Shown here: piece by piece, positions 56,979-64,000 of the stretch | Layout of the letters: every line of letters starts with the position of its first letter | Position numbering within the stretch: the stretch's first letter is position 1 | Assembly: GCA_001004905.1 (NCBI GenBank) | Contig: LCRY01000002.1 | Location: forward strand, 199,251-263,250 | From: Parcubacteria group bacterium GW2011_GWA1_56_13 | GTDB taxonomy: Bacteria > Patescibacteriota > Minisyncoccia > Phycocordibacterales > Phycocordibacteraceae | Direction of reading: 5' to 3' | Length of the DNA stretch: 64,000 nt | Made by a program: the position numbers and the translations under genes | The notes under the pieces: model-generated | The model's database searches: none | What the model saw: the letters and a program-made list of their open reading frames with translations, nothing else | What the model was told of the DNA's origin: nothing

Positions 56979-57179
56979 TCACTTACCTACGAACTGCTGT
57001 ACGTAGGTAATGAACAAATGCCAAAGCTGTGAAAGGAGATAGAGCAGATAACCGAAGTTCGCCTGGCCGGCGGGAGAATTAATTATCGCTTCAAGGGAGA
57101 TGCCGAAGAAGGATAGGCCGAGGACTAGCACAAATATCCATAAGATGAGATTGAGCATGGCCGCATTATACAACAACAT
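56979..57179 (-). CDS. small membrane protein (67 aa)
   Basis: Two hydrophobic helices (LNLILWIFVLVLGLSFFGI and GYLLYLLSQLWHLFI). Confidence 0.4.
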   Translation of the reverse strand: MLLYNAAMLNLILWIFVLVLGLSFFGISLEAIINSPAGQANFGYLLYLLSQLWHLFITYVQQFVGK

Positions 57180-57208
57180 GAAGAAAGGGCGGGTGTTAAA
57201 ATCTCGGC

Positions 57209-57838
57209 ATGACGAGCCGCGCCATCGCATTGAAGCATTTTAAAAAAACAGATCCCCATTTCCACGACGCCACGCGGGCATACCACTCTTCCCTGCCCGT
57301 GCGGCTTGTCGGGAAACGAACACGCAACGCGCTTTTTGAACGGCTCGTGCGCACCGTTATTTCTCAGCAGCTCGGCGTTGCCGCCGCGCGGAGCATTTTT
57401 GCGCGAGTGAAAAAGGTCTGCAATGGTACCGTAACGCCCGACATCATCATGAAAAAGCGACTTGCGGCGTTCCGCAACGCCGGACTTTCGGCAGCAAAGA
57501 TCAAAACGCTGAAAACCATCGCGCGAGCGGTGAAACAAGGCGAGCTCGATCTTGTTTCATTGGGAAAAAGTTCCGAGGCCGATGCCACCGAAAAATTGCT
57601 GGGCATCTGGGGCCTTGGTCCGTGGTCGGCCGAAATGTTCCTCTTGTTCGCGCTCGGCCGAGGCGATGTGTTTTCTCCCGGCGATCTCGGCCTCGTCCGC
57701 GCGATAGAGGCGCTCTACGGCCTGCCGAAAGGCGCGTCCCGCGAGAAACTCCTCGCCATAGCGCAAAAATGGTCCCCGCATCGCACCTACGCTTCCCTAC
57801 TCCTTTGGCTCACGAGGGATGCAAAAGACCCAATTTAG
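57209..57838 (+). CDS. alkA: DNA-3-methyladenine glycosylase II (AlkA-like, HhH-GPD)
   Basis: HhH-GPD motif region ...GIWGLGPWSAEMFLLFALGRGDVF..GD... Confidence 0.8.
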   Translation: MTSRAIALKHFKKTDPHFHDATRAYHSSLPVRLVGKRTRNALFERLVRTVISQQLGVAAARSIFARVKKVCNGTVTPDIIMKKRLAAFRNAGLSAAKIKTLKTIARAVKQGELDLVSLGKSSEADATEKLLGIWGLGPWSAEMFLLFALGRGDVFSPGDLGLVRAIEALYGLPKGASREKLLAIAQKWSPHRTYASLLLWLTRDAKDPI

Positions 57839-59179
57839 TTATAGATATGAAAGCGGATTTAGGTATGCGTCGAGAGTTGCGACCGGCATGACGGCGGAAG
57901 CGCAGCCAGTTTTCACGCCGTCGCGGAAATCACCGAGGCGCATTATCTTGGTCCCCTCGGTAGCGTAGACGCCGAAGTGGAGATGCGATCCGGTCGCGTA
58001 GCCGGTTCGGCCAGAAAGGCCTATCGCCTGTCTGGTCGAAACCTTCTGCCCTTTTGTTACATCGATGGCCGAGAGATGCGAGTAGAGCGTGCTTAAGCCA
58101 TTGTAGTGCTCCACCATTATCCATTTGCCGAACGAGTAGCAGTTCGACACAAGGTCGGTATTGCCGGTCGCGAGCACCGTGCCGGAGAGCGCGGCGAGAA
58201 TTGGAGTGCCGTCCGGCGCACCGACGTCAATAGCGTTGTGGCCTTTGCCGTTGTATACCTGCGGGTTGGCGGTTGAAAAAGGCGTCGTGCCGAAATACTG
58301 GGTGATGCAAAAAATGTTGCCGAACACTCCTTTGCGCTGCGCGCAATTGTTCATGAAAGAACGCGGGAAAGGCCACGAAAGAACGCCCGAGCCGACCTTC
58401 GGCAGGCGTCCGGGATGCACGATGAGATCCAGCTGGCTGCTCAAGTTCGCGAGCTCCTGCTCGAGCGCCTGCTCGGCCGCCTGCTTTTGCACGATAAGTT
58501 TCTGGTAATTCGCTTCCTGATTTTTCGTATCTGCGAGCAATTTCTGCTGCGCGGCTTTGTTCGCGTCAACGGAGCGTTTCTGAACCGTAAGCTCGCTCTG
58601 CAAAGCGAGAAGTTCCTCCTTTTGCGCGGTCACTGCGTCGCGATTGTCGGAAAGCTGCTTGCGCGCGCTCCGAAGGTCCGCGACATCGTCACCGAGCGCG
58701 CGATTGAGCTGGATGGCGTTGTCAGCGGCCCGCCACGCGTCACCGAGGGAATCGGAAGAGATCAGATGGGCCACCAGCGGAGTTTGTTCATCCTGCGCGA
58801 TGCCCCGGAGCGCTTTGGCGATGGCCGCCTGATCGGCCGTGATGGTCTTCTCCTTGTCCCCGATGGACAGCGTGAGCCGTCGGATTTCCAAATTAGCCGA
58901 GGAGATCTTGTTTTGGGTCGCTTGTATCTGTGTGGCGAGTTGTTTCTGGGAGATGGTGAGCGAACCTATGGCGGATTGGAGGGTATTTTTCTTCGTTCCG
59001 AGCGTATCCAGATCTTTTTGAAACGCGGCTATTTCGGCTTTGAGAGTGTCGAGTCGCTGATTATTCGCGGTGATCTGGGCCTGGAGGTCGGAAACGGTGT
59101 CAGCGAGTGCCGATTGCGGAAACGAAAAAGCAAAACCGCTCACACATACGAAAAGAAGCAGGAACCAAAAACGCGTCAT
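57839..59179 (-). CDS. M23-family peptidase (murein DD-endopeptidase, EnvC-like) with an N-terminal coiled coil
   Basis: Signal peptide, long coiled coil, C-terminal HxxxD...HLH M23 motifs (GHNAIDV, GSHLHFGV); start at ATG 59179. Confidence 0.8.
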   Translation of the reverse strand: MTRFWFLLLFVCVSGFAFSFPQSALADTVSDLQAQITANNQRLDTLKAEIAAFQKDLDTLGTKKNTLQSAIGSLTISQKQLATQIQATQNKISSANLEIRRLTLSIGDKEKTITADQAAIAKALRGIAQDEQTPLVAHLISSDSLGDAWRAADNAIQLNRALGDDVADLRSARKQLSDNRDAVTAQKEELLALQSELTVQKRSVDANKAAQQKLLADTKNQEANYQKLIVQKQAAEQALEQELANLSSQLDLIVHPGRLPKVGSGVLSWPFPRSFMNNCAQRKGVFGNIFCITQYFGTTPFSTANPQVYNGKGHNAIDVGAPDGTPILAALSGTVLATGNTDLVSNCYSFGKWIMVEHYNGLSTLYSHLSAIDVTKGQKVSTRQAIGLSGRTGYATGSHLHFGVYATEGTKIMRLGDFRDGVKTGCASAVMPVATLDAYLNPLSYL

Positions 59180-59231
59180 TATCCCCCAAGTATAGCCAGC
59201 ACTACAATATAAGCAATTTGCTCGCCGGAAT

Positions 59232-60575
59232 TTATCGCTCGGGACTAGTGCTGGCCACAGCAATTGCCCGTTGTATGCGGGAAACCGATTCCCCAGGACC
59301 CAGAATGGAGATGAGTGTGAAAGGGTCCGGTGAGCGTTCCGCGCCGGAAAGCGCGTACCGCAGAGGCCAGAGTACCGCCCCTCTGCCGCCCTTCCCCTTC
59401 GCCTCCTCCGCGTTGGCAAGGGGCATAATCGCCTCTTTTAGCGCTTCTGCCGAAACACCCTCGGAAAGGGCTTTTATGGCCCCTAAAAGGCCCTGTAAGG
59501 CCGTTATTGCCGTGCCAGGACGTCCGGGCGGCTCCTTGGCGAGGAGCTGGTTTTTATCGAGTTTTGGCTCGTGAAAAAGGAAAGACAGTTCGCCGGAGAG
59601 CATTTCGCGTGCCTCTCCAAAGGTCCGTGCGCGCTCTTTGAGAAGAGGAACGATTTTTCGCAGTTTTTCGGTATCGGGAGCCGCGAGATTCCCGCGCGAA
59701 ATGAAATCATCCGCCGGGAGCTGGCGCATCCAATGCTGATTTACCGACAAGAGCTTCACGTCGTCGAAGATGGCACTTCCCTTTTGCACGCGAGCAAGGT
59801 CGAAGGCCTCTATGAGTTCGTCGTGCGAAAGGTACTCGCGCTCGTCTCCCGGATTCCAGCCCAGGTAGGCGAGATAGTTGAGCATCGCTTCGGGAAGGAT
59901 ACCCCGGTCGCGGTATTCGGTCAGCGCCTTCGCGCCGGTGCGTTTACCGAGTTTCTTGTGCTGGCTATCGAGGATGAGCGGCAGATGCGCATAGAGCGGC
60001 GCCGGGAAACCAAGCGCGCGCTGAATGAGCATCTGCCGCGCCGTGTTCGATATGTGGTCGCCGCCGCGGATGACGTGCGTAACACGCTCGTCCGCATCAT
60101 CCACTACCACCGCGAAATGGAACACGGGCTCGTCGAGCGAGCGGGCGATGATAAAATCGCCCAGATCGGTCACGTCCGTCGTGATCTCGCCGCGGATGAC
60201 ATCGCTGAACGTGACGGAACCGCCCAGATTCTTAAAACGAATGACCTCTTCCCTGTCCCCCGGCGCCTGCGGTTTCTCTCTCGAGACGTATGCGGTGCCA
60301 TCCGCGATGAGCTTCTCGAGCAGTTGGCGATGCCGCGCGCGATGGTCGCTCTGTCGATAGGTTGCATCCGCCGGCAAGTTAAGCCAAGCAAGCGCCTCAA
60401 GGATATTCGCCTCATATTCCGGCTTGGAACGCGCTGCATCTGTGTCTTCGATGCGGACGATGAAAGAGCCGCGGTGGTGTTTTGCGAAGAGATATGCGAA
60501 TACGGCGGTTCGGTAATTGCCGGCGTGGAGATATCCGGTCGGCGAGGGGGCGAAGCGAGTGACGACGGGGTTCAT
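59232..60575 (-). CDS. gltX: glutamate--tRNA ligase
   Basis: PSPTGYLHAGN (HIGH), class I catalytic core, KLGKRTG. Confidence 0.88.
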   Translation of the reverse strand: MNPVVTRFAPSPTGYLHAGNYRTAVFAYLFAKHHRGSFIVRIEDTDAARSKPEYEANILEALAWLNLPADATYRQSDHRARHRQLLEKLIADGTAYVSREKPQAPGDREEVIRFKNLGGSVTFSDVIRGEITTDVTDLGDFIIARSLDEPVFHFAVVVDDADERVTHVIRGGDHISNTARQMLIQRALGFPAPLYAHLPLILDSQHKKLGKRTGAKALTEYRDRGILPEAMLNYLAYLGWNPGDEREYLSHDELIEAFDLARVQKGSAIFDDVKLLSVNQHWMRQLPADDFISRGNLAAPDTEKLRKIVPLLKERARTFGEAREMLSGELSFLFHEPKLDKNQLLAKEPPGRPGTAITALQGLLGAIKALSEGVSAEALKEAIMPLANAEEAKGKGGRGAVLWPLRYALSGAERSPDPFTLISILGPGESVSRIQRAIAVASTSPER

Positions 60576-61711
60576 GATTCGTGCGTGAGCGAGATGGATA
60601 TCATTTCGGCCGCCAGGATGCGCGCGGCATTCGGGTCGGTGAAACCAGCGGCGCTCGCGGACATCCGTTTTCCCAGTTCCAGATCGCCCGAGATGCGCTT
60701 TATCTCGGAAACGAGGAGATGCGGCGTGAGATTCCCTTCCTCAAGCACGATGGCGGCTCCGGTGCGGGCATACGCATACGCGTTGGTACGCTGGTCGTGA
60801 CTCACCGATTCGGGGATGGGAACGAGGATAGCCGGTTTCTTCCAAAGGCCTATCTCGGCAATCGAATTTGCGCCCGCGCGCGAAACGATGATGTTCGCAG
60901 CGCCTGCGGAGCGTTGGAGCGATATCTCGTCCAGATACTTGAACGGATGGTAGCGCTCTTTCTGCGGATGTGTGGTGAGCACGACGTGCGCCACGTCTTC
61001 TACGTTCTTGAAATTCGCCGGTCCCGTCTGATGGATAATGTTGGCGAAGGAAACGAGGTCCGGAAGCGCGGAAAGGACGATCTCATTTATGTTCTTTGCT
61101 CCTTGCGAGCCGCCCAGGATGAGCACGGTCGGTATGCCCTGTTCGAGGCCGAGATACTGCCGCGCACCTTCTTCCTCCGTCCGCATCAGGGCCTTGCGGA
61201 TGGGGATGCCGGTACGAGCGATCCTGTTTTGCACCCGTTTGGGGAAATATGCCGCCGCGCTCTCGAAGGAAATGGCTATCCGTTCGGCGAATTTTGCGGC
61301 AAGAAGGTTTGCTCTCCCGGGCTTCGCGTCCGATTCGTGAACGATGACCGGTATGCCGAGGAGGCGCGCGGCCAGCACCGTCGGCACGCTCGCATAGCCG
61401 CCCTTGCTCATGACGACATCCGGATATATGCGGAACAGTACGAAGATCGCCGAAAATATTCCGACGATGGTTATGAAAAAATCGGTGACATTCGCGAAGG
61501 AGGCGTACCGGCGCATCTTCCCCGCCGGTACGGAGATATAGGTGATACCGTTCTCAAAGAGCGCTTTCTCATCGAACGGCGTCGGCGCCACATAATACAT
61601 TCTTGGTTCGACGAGGTGCTTCTCGCGGACGAGGTCGCGCAGCGCTTCGCTTACCGCGATGATCGGATAGAAATGCCCCCCGCTTACCCCGCCGGTAAAC
61701 ACGATTACCAT
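60572..61711 (-). CDS. murG: undecaprenyldiphospho-muramoylpentapeptide beta-N-acetylglucosaminyltransferase
   Basis: GT28 family; TGGVSGGH motif at the N-terminus. Confidence 0.88.
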   Translation of the reverse strand: MVIVFTGGVSGGHFYPIIAVSEALRDLVREKHLVEPRMYYVAPTPFDEKALFENGITYISVPAGKMRRYASFANVTDFFITIVGIFSAIFVLFRIYPDVVMSKGGYASVPTVLAARLLGIPVIVHESDAKPGRANLLAAKFAERIAISFESAAAYFPKRVQNRIARTGIPIRKALMRTEEEGARQYLGLEQGIPTVLILGGSQGAKNINEIVLSALPDLVSFANIIHQTGPANFKNVEDVAHVVLTTHPQKERYHPFKYLDEISLQRSAGAANIIVSRAGANSIAEIGLWKKPAILVPIPESVSHDQRTNAYAYARTGAAIVLEEGNLTPHLLVSEIKRISGDLELGKRMSASAAGFTDPNAARILAAEMISISLTHES

Positions 61712-61731
61712 GCGTAAACTATATCAGTTTT

Positions 61732-62829
61732 TCACGCTCTGCGGTGCGCGGCCACGTTCAGGATGAGGCCGCACATGATGAGCGACGCGAGAAGCGCGGT
61801 GCCGCCGTGCGAAATGAACGGCAGGGGCAATCCGGTGAGCGGAACGATGCCGAGCATCGCCCCGATGTTCACGAAGGCCTGCAGAATGATGATGAACGAG
61901 AACCCGAGCGCGACGAGCCCGCCGAACAGATCATGCGAACGACCCGCTATCACGATGCCGCGCGCCGCGAGCGCGAGGAAGACCGCGACGAGGATGGTCG
62001 CGCCGAGAAACCCCGCCTCTTCGGCGAACACTGCGAAAATTGAATCGCCGTCGGGCTCCGGCAAATAGTTAAACTTTTCCACGCTTTGGCCGAATCCCCT
62101 TCCAAAAAGGCCTCCTGAACCGATGGCGATGAGCGACTGCTGGATCTGATATCCGCTCGACAAGGAATTCGCCGACGGGTCGACGTAGGTTTTGATCCTC
62201 TCCAGCACATACGGTCGCGCCGCAATGACGAGACCGAGAGCGACGATAATGCCGACGGTCAGAATGCCAAAATCGCGCCACGGTGCTCCCGCGGCGAAAT
62301 ACATCACCGCGCCCGTCGCAAGAATGAGAAGCATGGTCGACGTGTTCGGCTGCGCGAGCAGAAGAGCGCTCGGCAGGGCCAGCAGAATGCCGAAAGGAAT
62401 GAGCCCTTTCCGTGGGTTCCCGAGCTGACGGGCCCGCGGAGCAAGCCAGCTTGCGAGCAGGAGCACAAAACCGATCTTCAGGAATTCAGCCGGCTGCACG
62501 GTCGTGAAGCCGACATTGATCCATCGGGTGGCGCCGCCCGCGTTGAGCCCGACGCCGGGTACGAATACGAGCGCAGTAAGGAGTATCGTCGCTCCGTAGA
62601 GGTAGGGAGCGGCCCGCCTGAACCATGCAAGCGGAATGGCGCGCGCGGATAGAAGCGCGAGAAACCCGAGACCGAAGCCCAGTCCCGCCTGCAAAAGAAT
62701 GTCTTTCGAGACAGAGCTGCTTTCGCGGGCAAGCAGGCCGAGTGCGGCCGAGGAAAATATCGCGAGACCGGCAAGCACGAGGCCGAGCATGAGCATGAAG
62801 AACATTTTATCGCCGGAAGCGAACCTCAT
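61732..62829 (-). CDS. ftsW: SEDS-family peptidoglycan glycosyltransferase (FtsW/RodA)
   Basis: 10-TM SEDS protein lying between murG and mraY. Confidence 0.85.
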   Translation of the reverse strand: MRFASGDKMFFMLMLGLVLAGLAIFSSAALGLLARESSSVSKDILLQAGLGFGLGFLALLSARAIPLAWFRRAAPYLYGATILLTALVFVPGVGLNAGGATRWINVGFTTVQPAEFLKIGFVLLLASWLAPRARQLGNPRKGLIPFGILLALPSALLLAQPNTSTMLLILATGAVMYFAAGAPWRDFGILTVGIIVALGLVIAARPYVLERIKTYVDPSANSLSSGYQIQQSLIAIGSGGLFGRGFGQSVEKFNYLPEPDGDSIFAVFAEEAGFLGATILVAVFLALAARGIVIAGRSHDLFGGLVALGFSFIIILQAFVNIGAMLGIVPLTGLPLPFISHGGTALLASLIMCGLILNVAAHRRA

Positions 62830-62830
62830 A

Positions 62831-63907
62831 CTATTTCACGAGAGCAATGGTCATCCCTATGATGGCGAAAACGATCGAAATGATCCAATACCGCATCGTA
62901 ACCTTGTACGAAGGCCAACCGACCGCCTCGAAATGGTGGTGCAGCGGAGCGATGAGGAACACTTTCTTTCCCCGGACTTTTTTGGAAACGACCTGGATGA
63001 CGTTCGAAAGCACGGTCACGACGAGCGGGAACGCTATGACGGGAAGTGCCGCAACGCCAAAGCCGTTGCCTGGTGTATCGGTCATGAAAGCAATAACGGC
63101 GAGCGTGAGCGTGAGGCCCATGGTTCCCGTTTCGGTCATCCAAAAACGCGCGGGCGGTATATTGAACCAGAGAAATGCAAGTATCGCGCCGGTCAGCGTC
63201 GCACAGAATGCCGCCAGGTTTATCTGATTTTGAAAATAAGCGATGCCTGCGTACGCCATGAAGGCCGAACTGAAGATGCCGCCCGCAAGCCCGTCAATGC
63301 CGTCGATGACGCCGCCCGCATACAGTGAAATGGAAACGAGTATGAAAAGCGGAACAATGAGAGCTCCCAGATACAGCGTTCCGTCTCCGGGGATGCCGAT
63401 TGCGTCCATGCCGAGCTTCGCATAGAACCACCAACCGATGAATCCCGAAATAAGCGTGACGAACAGGAGCCGTGTGCGGAGCCGTATCCCCCGCTCCCCG
63501 GAAGGATGGATATCGAGGAAGTCATTCGCAAGGCCGATAAGCGCGCCGGCGATGAGCGTGAACAGCGGCACCCAGGTCTGGCTGCGGCTCAGGAAATCGA
63601 GTTTTTCCATAAACGGCAGCGGTACGACGCGCGCGAGCACCCATATGGCGACGGTCACGAACACAACGGTCCCCCAGATAAGGATGCCTCCCATGCGCGG
63701 CGTCTGCGTTTCGGTGCCCGCATGGATGGTGGTTCGTATTTTCTCAAATTCGACGGCCGGTTTGCCGTCAAGTGCGATCTTTTGTGTCGTCTTCTTCCAG
63801 ACCCTGTGTTTATAAAGGTAATGCGTCAGGATAGGAGCGAACAAAATACCCATGACGAACGCCGCAGACGCGGGAATGAAGACTTTGATGATACTGCTCG
63901 TTATCAT
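62831..63907 (-). CDS. mraY: phospho-N-acetylmuramoyl-pentapeptide-transferase
   Basis: Conserved MraY sequence (DD...D, ...PLHHHFE...); start at ATG 63907. Confidence 0.88.
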   Translation of the reverse strand: MITSSIIKVFIPASAAFVMGILFAPILTHYLYKHRVWKKTTQKIALDGKPAVEFEKIRTTIHAGTETQTPRMGGILIWGTVVFVTVAIWVLARVVPLPFMEKLDFLSRSQTWVPLFTLIAGALIGLANDFLDIHPSGERGIRLRTRLLFVTLISGFIGWWFYAKLGMDAIGIPGDGTLYLGALIVPLFILVSISLYAGGVIDGIDGLAGGIFSSAFMAYAGIAYFQNQINLAAFCATLTGAILAFLWFNIPPARFWMTETGTMGLTLTLAVIAFMTDTPGNGFGVAALPVIAFPLVVTVLSNVIQVVSKKVRGKKVFLIAPLHHHFEAVGWPSYKVTMRYWIISIVFAIIGMTIALVK

Positions 63908-64000
63908 ACCCTCCACATAGCGAAGTTTACAGTAAAGGATGTGGCGGGTATCGCCCGAGTAGGGCAAGAATGCGATGCTGTCTTGGTGTGTCGGGTCATA

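Noticed and set aside
60581-61717. 378-aa plus-strand ORF
   Set aside because: Antisense to murG

Overview
This window is about 60-65% GC and codes densely on both strands. The gene content suggests a small-genome bacterium, possibly of the candidate phyla radiation (Patescibacteria/Parcubacteria-like). The clues are a class I LysRS, a short ProRS without an editing domain, many small membrane or secreted hypothetical proteins, and a split dcw cluster.

Recognisable housekeeping genes, in order:
- NUDIX hydrolase, CofE-like protein, CspA, a zincin metalloprotease, VanY, AI-2E transporter, PEBP/YbhB, HPF, peroxiredoxin, a Def-Fmt fusion, SDR, MurA.
- MreB (copy 1), HolB, Frr, RseP, ProRS, MreB (copy 2), MreC (frameshifted), MreD, PBP2, GreA, class I LysRS.
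- mraZ-rsmH-ftsL-ftsI-murF, tRNA-Glu, GatB/YqeY, RmuC, L21, DEAD-box helicase.
- RecR, DnaB, CysRS, CorA, S41 protease, P-type ATPase, L9, M15 peptidase, L27, LOG, AlkA, M23 peptidase, GluRS, MurG, FtsW, MraY.

The most unusual locus runs from about 36.9 to 45.4 kb. It starts with a roughly 450-bp AT-rich segment. A 7.26-kb gene follows, encoding a 2418-aa protein with an N-terminal excisionase-type HTH, one TM helix, about 11 tail-fibre-like GNVGIGTTSP repeats, two phage tail-spike S74-type chaperone domains and a Thr/Ala/Pro-rich mucin-like tail. Immediately downstream is an IS200/RAYT-like Y1 transposase. Four copies of a 23-bp palindromic repeat flank that transposase, and two of them lie in frame inside it.

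Other points of interest:
- a tRNA-Asn locus with tRNA 3'-end-like direct repeats, a perfect 21-bp palindrome and a bidirectional terminator;
- a single-ORF peptide deformylase-formyltransferase fusion;
- an mreC broken at a T6 homopolymer;
- two mreB paralogs;
- three likely real small proteins below the 60-aa ORF cutoff (an Lmo0937-like 53 aa, a 57-aa membrane protein with a near-consensus promoter, and a 45-aa zinc ribbon whose start overlaps the murF stop);
- MraZ-type GTGGG operator repeats.

No rRNA, CRISPR array or integrase was seen.
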